From assembly GCF_009914755.1 (NCBI RefSeq), contig NC_060927.1: a DNA stretch of 64,000 nt; one strand, given 5' to 3'. A model generated the notes under the pieces. It saw only the letters and a program-made list of their open reading frames with translations, was not told where the DNA came from and made no database searches. Shown here piece by piece: positions 36,078-56,679 of the stretch; the first letter of the stretch is position 1, and each line of letters opens with the position of its first letter. The translations under genes were made by a program, and so were the position numbers. Source of the DNA: the human T2T-CHM13v2.0 reference genome, Homo sapiens.

Positions 36078-39000
36078 GAGTTTCTGTTCTTTATCGCCAC
36101 ATATGCTGCATCCCTGAAGTAGGCAGCTCTGGGACCTACAAGAATGACTTCTGAGCCCACAAGGCTGAGGTCAGACCCTGGTAAATGTGGCAAGATTACA
36201 CCACTTTGCTGGGCTTGTCTGGTTGCCTTTGGGAGCTGGTCTTCTGAAGTGCTTGAATATCAGCTTTGCTTGGAGTTTAGACCTTCCAGTTCATTGTCAA
36301 TAGAATAAAGAAAGTCATGGGTCATCTCTTGCTTTGAAGATATCCAGTGCAGTGGCCTTCACTGAGGCTTTTAGCTTACACTGCATTGGGTCCAAGTTTT
36401 GCCCTAATCTAAACAGGAAGGGAGGGCCCTTAGGTCTGAAAAAAAAAATTTCTGAGGCCTACGGCAGAACAGTTCTTCTGCCATATTCGGAACAAGGATT
36501 TACGTTTCTTGTTTAAAAGTGGTTTTTCCATTCCTATGGAGAATAGTATAGTTTGAGTTTATCTCTAATGAAAACAGAGGTGGCCAGTAGCCCACCATTA
36601 CAGGCACCGTGAGAGAGTCATACATAGAAGCCAAATTCTAGGAGGGTATGCATTGCTCATTGCTGAATAAATTTGACCACAAATCCTGTGAGGCATCCTG
36701 GCCTTGCTGAACTAGGCTGAACTGTGTGAGAACCAGGACTCCTTTTGCCTTTCTAGCATAACGCCAAATCCGAAAACAGATTTTCGTTGCCCTTCCCTTA
36801 TTGCTCACACTCCATACTTGACCACTGAGGTCTTACCACACTGGTGACAAAAAGAAGCAAGGACAGGTGAGTTGCTAAACCCTGGAGGAGTTTTGGCTTT
36901 TCTCCACCTTCCAGTCCTCTTTAGGGTTGGGGAGCCCTTCCTAAGGCAGAGCTCAGACCTATCCTCAACATCATCCTGGAAGAGAACAAAGCTAAGGGAG
37001 ATGAGAACCAAGAAAAGCTGGAAAGAGAGAAATTAACCCAAAGAGTCCTTCTTGCTGAAGCAAGGGCTTTTACCCTCTTCTGACCAAAAGCTGCAACTCC
37101 CAACAACACACTCTTGGAGTGTTCTCTATCAGTGCCCCTTGAGGGGTGGATGAGATTGTGTTGAGTGGGGGTGGAGATGGGAGAGAGTAGAGAGAGGGAT
37201 GGTGTTTGAGCTCCCCTGAAAGTTGGCTTGTGCCACAAACACCTTGTAAAGAGCAAATAAAGTCATGGCTTCATCTTAGCTGCTCTTGAAATTCATAGAT
37301 GAGGCAGGATACAGGGTATTGTGGAAGTGAAGAGCATGGACTTGGGCTTCCACAACTAGTAAATGGTAAAGTAGGATTCAGACTACCTCAGTTTGAATCC
37401 TGCTTTACCATTTACTAGTTGAGTGGCCTTGCACAATTCACTTGACCTCTCTGTGCCTCAGTTTCCTCATTAAAATATGGTGGTACTAATAGTAGAGTTT
37501 AGAATTGTAAAAATGTTGGGGAGGAGTGTGTTTGACAGTGGCACAGGTTATACGACTCAACAAATCCACAGTTATAGTTGGAGATTTCAACACTTCTGTC
37601 TTAGTGATTGATGGGACAAGTAGATAGAAAAATCAGTGTGGATATAGGAGATCTGAGCAACCTTATCAACCAAATTGACTTGATTCACATTCATAGAACA
37701 CGCTACCCCACAACTTAGACAACACAATTAGACTGTCCACCAGATGATTCAGTGCCAAAGTTACTGGAAGGTTATTATTTGTTTTTGGTCTGTAATTGCT
37801 AAGTTGATACAAAATGAAATTTTATAACAATTGTAGAACCAATAGGACAGTGATTCTTGTTTCACTGTGTATATAGCTTATCTTGAGTTTTTTTCCTTTT
37901 CATAGTTCTGTATTTACAGCATTCAGATACTTTCTCCCTTTGGGAAGTGCAAATGAAGGACATTTACCTTGTTCGTCCTTCTTGTACTACTTCCCCAGGA
38001 ATGTGAGGTGGGCAAGGGATGATGACAGAGATGGGAAAGTGAATTTGAGGATGGGCACTGACTTTCAAAAAATATTTTCATATATGTTTTTATTTGATAG
38101 CAATAATTATGCAGGGGAAGGGGGTAGGTCTTTGGCCATGTTGTCATGGTATTACTTGCTCCTCATCTGCTTGTCTTTCACTGAAGTGCTCTGTTCTCAG
38201 AAACCATCACCTGTTTCTTATTCTAGGAAAGTGGTGGCAGGTGATGTAATAGTTAATTGGGTAAGACATCCAAGATTATTTTTCCTACATACAAAATAGG
38301 CTTTTTAGGACCTATTAAGAATAATAGGGCAAACAAGATCCTATACACAGGAAAATAAAAATTATATAAAAAGAACTATTCATGAGAAGAGTGTAAGATA
38401 ATGCAAGCACATGAAGAAATCTACACTGGGGTGGATGAATCATTACCCTGACTTCCCCTGGGATTTTGCTTGCTGATGCCCTCCTGCTGAGATAGATGTG
38501 CTTTTGCAAAGCAGAATTGGAGGTGAGTAAATAAGAAGGGGGTTATTCACTTTTATCATCACAGTACCCCACATGTCGGTTCAAGGAAATTCTAATGAAA
38601 GTGCTGTGAGTTTGTGGAATTAGAACCCAAATTACTCTTAGAATTAAAAGAATGAGAGTAGGGACAGCACCAGTTGCTTATTTGATGAAACAGAAGAAGC
38701 CTGATTGAGATCATCTTGGTGCATTAGGAAAACAGCCTCAGGGCTCCCGCTGACAGGACACTTTTCCCAAGTACTATTAATTATAATGCGTTATTAGCTA
38801 ACTGCAGGCAGTGGACATCCTTTGCACGTTAACTAAAGTGCAACAGCCGTTTAGCTAGTGGGGCCTACTTGGTCTTTAAAATTGTCTTAATCATTAGTGA
38901 ATTCGTTAAACTATAACGTTAAGAGATAAAAATAATCGTCGCTGTTGCTTGGGAACAAGTCCAAACTGAAACTGGTTTTCAGAGGTTCTGAGTACAAATG

Positions 39001-39589
39001 TTCTTGACTGTGTAGATTGACGGGAGCTCTAGACCCAGCCAGCCTCACCCCGACATCTTCAGGGTTACACAATATCCTAAGATCATTGTTATGGGTTTGA
39101 TTTTTACTTTGGAGCTGCAGTAGGATGTGAGGCAGGGAAGATGGTACCATGGGCTTCAGTTCTCAGTCATTCAGAAATTTACAGTGTAGTTGGCAAATTT
39201 TTGAAACTCATATTCCTTTCAGTGCTTTTTTTTTTGGGCCATTTCACTGACTATTAATGGCTCCACCTGGGGAGGCCTGGAAATGATGCTGAAACTCAAT
39301 CAAGCCTCCTTGGCAGTTCTGGAAAGAGGTTTTGAGTGTCAGTGCAGAGGCTATGAAGAGAAGCTCAAATTGTGCTTTAGGATTATCTCTGGGTTTTGAT
39401 GATTGGCATATTCTTCTTCTGCCACAAATTACTGAGACTTAACAGAACAAACAAGTTTAATTGGTTTGGTTTTGATTCATGTTTTGATGATTGACCACAA
39501 GCAGAAAACATGGGAAAAAACTTCTCGTCAAGTGACCTGAGAAGAGAAGTTCATTGCTTTTCATTTTATCCAAATGTTTTAAAATGTTT

Positions 39590-41400
39590 AAATTTAATTA
39601 AAAAATTTACATACATTAAAATTTACACTTTTTGGTATTTCATTTTATGAGTTTGGACAAATACATGGTTCAGCAAACCACCACCACAGTCAAGATAAGG
39701 AACAGTTCCATCACTCTCCCAAATTACTGCTGCTTTATATGTCAACCCCAATTCCTTGCATGTACTACTCAGTTATCTAGTCCTATACTTTTACACTTTG
39801 TAGCTGTCATATCAATGGAATCAGATTATGTAGCCTTTTGAGTCTGGCTTCCTTCACTTAGCCTAACACATTTGAGATTCATCCATGTTGTTACATGTAT
39901 CAGCTGTTTATTCTGTTTTATTGAGAAGTATTCTATAATTTATCCATTCATCAGTTGAATGACATATGGGCATTTCTGTTTCTGATGTTTATGAAAAAAG
40001 CCATAAAAAAGTTTTTATGGGAACATAAATTTTCTTTTCTCTTGGGTAAATATCTAGGTGTGAGATTGCTGGGTCTTACGTTAAGCGTATATTTAACTTT
40101 ATGACACTGCCAAACTGTTTTCCAAAATGGTTCTACCATTGTGCATTCCCACCAGCAGTGAATGAGGATTCCAGGTACTTTCTATCCTTAGTAGCACTTG
40201 GTATTGTCAGGTATCTTTCTCTTATTGATTTCTAATTTAATTTTTAATGGTTAGAAAATATAGTTTGTATGATTTCAATTCTTTTATATTTGTTAAGATA
40301 TATTCTGTGGCCCAGAATATGATCTACTTTGGTGAATCTTTCATGTACACTTGAAAAGAATGCGTATTCTGCTGCTAAAGGGGAGAGTGTTTTTAAAATG
40401 TCGATTAGCTTAATTTGTTTGTTGGTCAGGTCTTGTACATCCTTACTGATTTTTTGTCTACTTGTTTTTATCAGTTACTGAGAAGGGGTGTCAAAGTCTT
40501 CAACTACAAGGTAGATTTGTCTATTTTTTTCCCCTTTCATTGCTATCAGTTTTTCTTCACATATTTTGAAACTCTTGTTAGGTACATGCATATTTAGGAT
40601 TGTTATATCTTCTTGGTGAATTGACCTTTTATTATATAAGATCTCTCTTTATCTTCCATTGTATTTGTTGTTTTGAAGTTTACTTTATCTGGTATTAATA
40701 TAGCTACTCCAGCTTTCTTCTTTTTTTTTCATTCTTCTATTTTGAATCCACCTATATGTTTATATTTACAGTGGATATCTTGTAGGTAGAATATAGTTAG
40801 TTGAGTCTTACTGTAATGCCCAATTGTACAATCTCTGTTAATTGTTTAGACCATTTATACTTATCATTATTGCTATAGTTGGATTTATGTCTACCATTTT
40901 ATTGATTTTTTTAAGTATTCCATTTTATTTTATGTATTGGCTTTTTGTCATATCTCTTTGTATTATTTGTATTATTTTTCTAGTGGTGGCTGTAAGAATT
41001 ACAACATATATAGCTAACCATTCACAGTCTACTTAAAGTTAATATTATTACTCACTTAAGTAAAATGTAGAAGCCTTAAAACCATACAGGTTACTTTGTC
41101 TCTCTGCCCTTATGTCATAGTGGTCATATGTATTATATCTATATGCACTGAAAATCTTACTAGATAATATTATAATTTTTGCTTTCAACAGTAAAACATA
41201 TATGTGTTTTAAAGAACTTAAGATGAAAATAGTTTTTAAAAGTATTTTATCCAGATGTTGCTATTTGTTTTACTTTTCCTTCATTCCTGAATTTCCCAGT
41301 TTTTTTTTTTTAATATTTCCTTTAAGCCTTTAGAACAGGTCTGCAGGCAACAAAAATCTCCTGGCTTTTCTTCATCCGAAAATATCTTTTCTTACTCTTC
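39590..41400 (-). mobile_element. Old L1M fragments
   Basis: ccatcactctccc, gtggcccagaatatgatctactttggtgaat and related antisense L1 motifs. Confidence 0.65.
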
Positions 41401-41496
41401 ATTACAGAAATATATGTTTGCTACATATACCAATTTATGCTTCCATCAGTGTATGAGGGTCCTGTTTTCTTAGCATTTTTGCCAACCTCAGTAATA

Positions 41497-41724
41497 CAGG
41501 TTGAATATTCCTTATCTGAAATGCTTGAGACCAGAGTGTTTCAGATTTGATATTATTTCAGGTTTTGGATTATTTGCATTATACCTACGAGTTGAGTATG
41601 TCTAATCTGAAAATCCAGATTGCTCCAATGAGCATTTCTTTTGAGCCTCATGTTCATGATCAAAAAGTTTTGGACTTTGGAGCATTTCAGATTTTGGATT
41701 TTCAGATTAGGGATACCCAACCTT
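41497..41724. mobile_element. MER46A/Tigger4a-like MITE
   Basis: TA + CAGGTTGAATATTCCTTATCTGAAA ... TTTCAGATTAGGGATACCCAACCT terminal inverted repeats. Confidence 0.8.
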
Positions 41725-42572
41725 ACCATTTTTAACTTTGCCAATTTGATGGGGAAAATAATGGTATCTCATTCTTTAGGCATTAAGAATATCTGCCCTG
41801 GAGGTTGCAGCGAGCCAAGATTGTGCCAGCCTGGGCAATAGAGTGAGAATCTGTCCCCTGCCCCGCCCCCCCAAAAAAAGAATATCTTCCTTTTGTTATA
41901 CATGGTGAATTTTTTTTCACTTTGTTATTTATTTTTATTTTTACAAAACATATACAAATATTTAATTTGTAGGTAGGAAAAACTGTCATTTTTTTCCTCT
42001 TATAGTTGTTTTCTTTTTTGCTTTTATTTAGAAAGATATTTTGCACCCCAAGATCAGATAAATATCCACATTTTCTTTTGGTTCTTAAAAAAATAAATTT
42101 GGCATTTTTCTCCATGTGCCACTAATTGTTTTGGTTAGCATAAGGTAGGCATTTAAGTTTATTTTCCTAACTAGTAAATACATGTTCAGCAACATTAACT
42201 TATATATACTTCTTCCTTGTTTGCAATACCTACATTATCAAGTATTAATTATTTTTATTATTTATTTTAGAGCCAGGGTCATCTTATGCTGCCCAGGCTG
42301 GACTTGAACTCTTGGGCTCAAGTGATACCTCTACCTCAGCCTCCTGAATCCCTAGCTGGGACTACAGGCTTGTGCTACCACACTTGGTTAAGTATTAATT
42401 ACTTTTATGAGGTTGTGCCTGTTTCTGAGTTTTTAATATTGTGCCTGTGTATTTATATTTTACCATGCCACAGTTTTATAATGAAAACTTTTTAGTATTA
42501 CCAGATTCAGCAAATGAAAAAACAGAACACCCAATTACATTTGAATTTCATATATACACAATTTTTTTTTTA

Positions 42573-44909
<2,337 letters not shown>

Positions 44910-45264
44910 AGATTCTGAAATTTAAATATAACAAGGTGTCTTGTATTTTATCTGGCAAGTCTGAATTCTATTATCTGGCCATACAAGTTGTCTCCAGTCT
45001 TGTTTTCCAAAATATCTTTTTTTTTTTTTTTTTAAATAGAGTCCTTTGAAAACTGATGGGTAGGTTTTTTTTTTTTGGAAAGTATTTCAGTGTTATTTAA
45101 TGGCTACAACATCAAAAGAAAACAAAAGTGGGTAACATTTTCATTCTTTAAAATAGATTAATATTAAAACATGCTAATTTCTCCAAAGCAGGTTGGCCCT
45201 TTACCCCCATCCTCCCACAGTATGTCTTTTCTTTTTCTCTCCTGGAGATAAAAGCTCTTTACCA

Positions 45265-45635
45265 TTTTTTATGAATTGAATATTTGTGTCTCCCCAAAAT
45301 TCATTTGTTGAAGCTCTAACCTCCAATGTGACTGTATCTGGAGGTAGGGCCTATAAGGAGGTTAAATGAGGTAATAAGAATGGGGCTCATCAGTACCGCT
45401 GATGCTTTTATAAGAAAAGGAAGGGATACCAGAGCTCTATTCCTCTCTACCATGTGAGTACACTGGGAGAAGGGGGCCACCTGAAAGCCAGAAAGAGAGC
45501 CCTTACCAGAAACCAAATAAGCTGGCACTTTCATCTTGGAATTTCCACTCTCCAGAATTGTGAGACATAAATTACCGTTGTTTAAGCCATCCAGCCTATG
45601 GTGTTTGTTATGGCAGCCCAAGCAGACGAATGCAC
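45265..45635 (+). mobile_element. MLT1A0/MLT1B-like LTR
   Basis: gtgtctccccaaaattcat...ctccagaattgtgaga...gtttaagccatccagc...ggcagcccaagcagac. Confidence 0.8.
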
Positions 45636-47839
45636 CATTTGAAGACTAAATTATTTGCATGTTGCATAGCACATCTCAGTTTTTAAAATTTAACAATTAT
45701 TTCTCTCTCACAAAATCCTACGAGTCAAGCATGCTACCTTTATTTTCATTTTATGTGGTAGTAAATGATTGAAATTTTAGATTATTTGATCCACCCAAGA
45801 TGACTCAGCTGATAAATCCATAATCAGGCCTCAAGTTTATGGTGCAGCTGGTTTATAGGAGCCCGTACCTGCCTAGGTTATGAGCTTATGTAATACTTTC
45901 TCTGCTGAAAAGAGCTAGTCCACCTAATACAAGCATCCTTAACTTTCCTACTCTGTCTAAAAATGTCTCTACAGCTTTATTGATTTTCCTCTTACCTTTC
46001 TGCCTCCTTCCTAATATAGCTACCTGTGATTTTTTTATATCAAAGTTTCTCATGGTCCACTTATTCTCCTCTCACTCACCCTAAAATTATTTCTCAATTT
46101 GTTCTGTTCCCTCAGCCTACACAGACATTCTCACACTCTCCCATTGGAAAGGACAGAAATAGATTTGGAAGGGCAAAGGAAAAATTACCAGCACATATAC
46201 CAGTATATTTGCTGGTATTTCTTGCTTTATTGATTTGGGTTGTTTTGTGTTGACAAGTTATTATGATAAACAATAATTGAGCTTTCTTTTCCATACTTTC
46301 TCATTCTTCTTTTCCTCATATCTCATAATATAGTCCTACTATAAATTTTATTCCAAAACAAGGATTATAACAATATCCAGTGTTTTCCATAATTATGTAA
46401 ATAATCATTCACTGCCAAGCCAAGTAGGGTATTATAATGTTTTCTTTCTTATGCTACTCTCTTCCCAGGACCTAATAATTATATTTTCATTTGTTTAGCT
46501 TTCTATGTATTTATCACTATTTTTTTTCTAAATGCTCCATATTATTCTTCATATAGCCACACACATCAGATAATCCTTAAGTTCTGTTTTTCCCTAGAAC
46601 TTTATTTTCCTTGCTTCAATTTGAATTGGTTGCTTTCTAGGCCCTGATGCTGGCTGTCTACCTATGACTTCTCTCTTGGAACTTCATAACTCTGCTTTTT
46701 CTGAATCCCATGTCTTCCTTTCCCCCACACTTTGTTTTGGTAGGATATACCTTCTACAAGTTTCATGAGAAAATGTCCAAAAGAGATAAAATTTTGAATC
46801 CTTGCATGTCACACATATCTTTATTCTACTTTTGCACTCAATTATCAATATGTCCAGACATAGGATTCTAGATTGAAAATGGTTTTTCTTCAGAATTTCT
46901 TCAGAAGGCATTTCTCCTCAGCTTTTTAGCTTCTACAGTTGCTGATCAGCTATTACATGGTTTTTATGAGTTTTGTTCCTTTGTGATCTGGCTTTCCTTT
47001 CTAGATGTGTTTATGTGCTATTATATTTTCTTAATCTCAGCTGTTTGGAAATTTCATGATGAAATTTTGGGGTTTGTTTGTTTGTTTGTTGTGTTTGGCA
47101 TACAATTAACTTTCAATCTCAAGTCCTGTTCTTCAGTTCAGCAAAATGTCAATATAATGTATCTTTGATAACTTCCTTCCCTCCATTTTGTTTTTCCTCT
47201 TTCAAAACTCTGTTGTTTGGATGGCGGCTCCTCTGGGTGGATCCTTTGTTTTGTTTTTTCCCTACCTTCAATCCCACCTCCAATAGTATTTAGTTTATGA
47301 ATAAGTTGTATAACTATTTTCAAAATTGGAAATGTTATCCCTTGTTCGTGGACAAAAGTGTTTGCTTTCATGCTCAATAATGTGGCTGCAGTTGGGTATT
47401 AGGCTAGTTCTTTCCAATACTTCTTTCATAATTATCCTCCCACTTTGCAAAAGAAAGTCATAATCCTCATTGGATCCTGACACTCACCTTGGTGCACTCA
47501 GAATATTAAATCTTTAGAGGGCCAAATAATAATTGGAAATCATTTTACCTATGCTGCATACCTCAGCTAAAGTGCCATAAGAAATTGTATATTTTGGCCT
47601 GGGTTAGGATATTTTGAATTCAGGCATTGTACAACTGGATAGTGTCCACTTTTGTGTAGCAGATCTTACCGAATTATTTTTAAAGTACATTGCTCCTGAG
47701 GGAAAGATCAGTAAAGGTAAAGAAAACAAAATATCTGTAAGAAATGCAGGAGACAGGCTTATGGCAAGTATCCATGCCTCATCAGTGTTTACCTATGTAA
47801 GCATGGGGATTCAGACAGGAGATAGTTGTTACAGGTAAG

Positions 47840-48610
47840 TATTAAGGTACTTACTGGAATTGAAAAATGAAGTCAGATAGAAAGTAAGTCTGATGTGGAA
47901 AATTAGTTTGACGATGAGGACTGGATTTGCTCATTAGGTTATGACAGACATTTTCCATGAACTGAACAAGCTAACAAGCAAAATCCAAGTTCCAATAATT
48001 TAATGGAAATAGAGCATGTGATAAGATACAAGAGTTTTATTTTATATATGTAAAAATGCATAAAATTAATAATATTTCAATTCTCCCAACTCTTTCTGAG
48101 TATATCAGGTTAATCAAAGTGCCTCTAAGTAAGTGATTCAACAATATAATTAGTATTTTGTTAAGTCTTAGTAAAGCCCTTTTGCCCAGAAAATAAGTGA
48201 GGGAATGACTGTAACAAAAGACTAACAATTTCTTTTGCAATATATGTTCTTCAAAAAAAATTGAAGAAGAACCCAACTGAGTTATTAGCTGATAGATTAT
48301 TAAAAGTTATTTTTATGATTAATTTTTATGAGCTTTTTGGCTATAACTTGGAAATGATTCATGCAATTGAATGACATTGATCCTTCCATTCCTATCTACT
48401 TATTAATAAAAACAAGATTTTCAAAACTTACATCTATATTAGCAAAAAGTAATAATAGAATTTATGCCTAATACTGCTTTACCTTAGCAATAAGGAATAT
48501 CCATCTATTAATAAATTAATTGAAAAATAACCCCACATTTCTCATTGAGATCTATTTCTAAAATAAGTACTTTTACAGTTTGATAAAATAAATTTTATCA
48601 AGATTTGTAG
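47840..48610 (+). mobile_element. Degenerate hAT/Charlie transposase 3' fragment; probable continuation ~53935-54132 after the L1
   Basis: ILPFLSTY...FSKLTSILAKSNNRI resembles the hAT dimerisation motif LLPFxSTYLCExGFS...KxRNRL; hAT-like end tttgaaaaccact. Confidence 0.5.
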
Positions 48611-48617
48611 AGAGATT

Positions 48618-53848
<5,231 letters not shown>

Positions 53849-53900
<52 letters not shown>

Positions 53901-53931
53901 GATATCGGTATATCTAGATATAGATAGATAT
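53849..53931. repeat. (CTAT)n tetranucleotide microsatellite with inverted (ATAG) tail
   Basis: Directly visible. Confidence 0.9.
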
Positions 53932-54570
53932 GAAAAGCTTATACATAATGTCTTTGTTTTTTTGATGATGGGTAGTAACAAATTACTATAGTTTTAAAAT
54001 TCAATTAAATAAATAGCACGGTAATTTTTTAAAATGCCAATATATACTATATTCTAAAAAATTGCATCTTTTGCAGATTTTTAAATATTTGACAAAAAAT
54101 TTAAGGTGTCAACTTAAAAATTTGAAAACCACTTATGTATACTTTCTATACTCTTACTACACTCCTTATAGTACTATAACTAGTTGTTTTCAAATCTTAG
54201 CTCTTTCATGAGAGCTTTATGTTTCACAGAACTTTAACAAAGTATCTTGTTCATAAAAGGAACTCAACTAAATATTTGCTCAATTAAATTATTTCCATCA
54301 AACGGAGTCATTCATTTCTCTTCTACTGTTCTTATTTAATCTTGAGGTTAGTTTTTCCACTACTTATAATCAAAACAACTGCCAGATGGGAATAAAATTT
54401 GGCCTTAAAAAATCATTCACATTTTATTTCTAAAATGAGAATGGGAAAGTACTGTGAGAAGGAAATGAATATATATAATAAACCAATATCAGTTTTTAAA
54501 GTGTGTTTTTTTCTATGTAAATGAAGCAACACTAAGCATTCAGAAATGTATTTATTGACATCAAACTATT

Positions 54571-54579
54571 GTATATATA

Positions 54580-54617
<38 letters not shown>
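54571..54617. repeat. (TA)n/(TG)n microsatellite
   Basis: Directly visible. Confidence 0.9.
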
Positions 54618-55205
54618 CTTTTAACTCAAAGTAATATCTTTTCATGATCATTCTTTTTAATGTGCACCAAATTAGCAGTAAAAATAGCAGCAGATGGATC
54701 AGAGTGGTTGTCAATAAACCTTTTCTCCCCAGGTTACTAATATACAATTGCCATGAAAAATAAAAAAAATATATATATATATTTACACTTGACTCATCAC
54801 CTCTGCTTAGGACCCTGTAAGCACAAGATATTGCTGAACTGCTGTATTTGCTACATATGGAACAATTAGACTAGCAATAAGAAGTAGTTTATGCATGTAT
54901 GCTGGCCTACATGTATATACCCCTTTCGCAATTACTGAGGATTATCAACAAAGTTTGGTCTTGTCTTGTGATTATAATTCTATTAAATTACATTTAAATG
55001 TGATATACAGAATTTTGTTTTATAATTAGTATTATTCTAAGAAATAATAGTAATATAGACCCTGTAAAAATAACATAACTTATGCAAAAGCAAATTCAGA
55101 AAATGCAATAAAAATTCTTATAATCTTACTTAGAAATATCAGGTTTGGATTTAGGAATTAGATAGCCTAGTATCTCTTCTGATTCTTTGTTGTTGTTGTT
55201 GTTTT

Positions 55206-55368
55206 CAGGGGAGCGCATGAACACAGTCACCCACTACTACAAACTGTGCAGTTGGGTTTCCCACATTTGGGGAAATGGCAGGGGTCAGCACATCTGGAGT
55301 GTAATGGATGAGCCGTGCCCTGGAAAAACCACCTTTGTGATTGTGATAGCTCCTCTGCCAGGTTAGTA
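55206..55368 (-). pseudogene. Retroposed full-length U1 snRNA pseudogene
   Basis: Reverse complement aligns end-to-end with U1 (ACCTGGCAG...GGTGGTTTTTCCAGGGC...GATGTGCTGACCCCTG...TTTCCCCAAATGTGGGAAAC...CCCCTG); A/CAA-rich tail 55188-55205; 16-bp TSD ATCTCTYCTGATTCTT at 55172-55187 and 55369-55384. Confidence 0.95.
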
Positions 55369-56679
55369 ATCTCTCCTGATTCTTACCATTCCCTCGTTGT
55401 GAGATTGTTTCTTTGAAGTAAGAAAATATTATCTTGAACTTATAAAACTCTTTTTTTTTTAAAAAAACAAAAATTTGGAACTATCTCATATATGATAATT
55501 CTTTATCCTAACAGTATTGCTATGAATACTAGTTTTAGGTAGCACTTATTGAGTACTGTCTTTGTACCAGGCACTATGCTTAGCACTTCATGTTTAATCC
55601 TCACAACTCCCTGAGGTAGGTAATATTACTGTGCCCATTTTACAAGAGAGGGCTCAAAACCCAGGTTCATGGAAGGCAAAAGACACAGATGGGGATATTA
55701 ATACTCTGGCCTTCCTGAACTCCCCATTAGACTGTGAACTCCTTGAAGTGTAGGGGGAGGGAGCAATGCCTTACTATATCTTAGCTACATTACAGTGCTG
55801 ATCATGTAGAGGAAAGTAGGGAGGAGGAAGCTAAGATAGGACCTTTTCCTGGGAGTCATGACAGTGGGCAATCCTAGATGTAGCAGGTGAATGCGAGACC
55901 AAAAACTCTAATTCTCATACTTCAAATGAGCTAAGAGAAAAATCACATTTGTAAAGGCATTAGAGTATAGAAACACTTCCACAAAAATGAGAGAGTACAT
56001 GGAAAGTTAGGTGTTCAAATTCACATCTAATTTCCCTGGGATTAAATTTAATTAATTACTGTCAATTTGATTTTTTATTATGATGTATACCCTTGAAGAC
56101 TTAAAATTTTTTTATTATAGTAAGCTAGTTCTTTGGTCCTCCTATAAAGCTTTATCAGCTTCTTCTTATTTCCCTTTAATGTTTCTTGTCAACTCACATG
56201 TATCTCTGCAAGGAAAAAGTTGTAGAAGGGGAACAATATAAGGTACTTAAATTTCTCTGAGGCAGAAAACTTCAGGGTCTGAATTTCTGGTGTTTGTGGG
56301 CCAGTCAAAATAGTGAAGAAGCACTTAAAAGTGGTCTTTGGAATTTTTAATTTAAATATTTACCACTTTATTCTGTTAGTAAATGAGATCAGGAATAGTG
56401 ATTTGATTAAATCACATGTATCACCTATAAAAGTGTTAAGCTCCTTTATCATTGTTTACACTGGGCTTCCCAAAGGCCATCAGCATCCTGAAGAAGCATA
56501 CAAGAGCCACCCAGGAGCCATTTTCCTGCTCCTGCCCTATTCAGAGACTCTCTATTTTTGTCCAGAGTTCACAGTTTAGCACAAAGATGTCCTGAGTTAT
56601 TTAAGCTTATTTTGACTGTATCCTGAAATCCCAAGTGAAAATAGTTTATCCCAAATTGGCCCAAATGAAAAACAAATCA

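Noticed and set aside
37883-38299. 138-aa ORF in unique sequence
   Set aside because: TTG start, no recognisable domain or splice context; compatible with chance.
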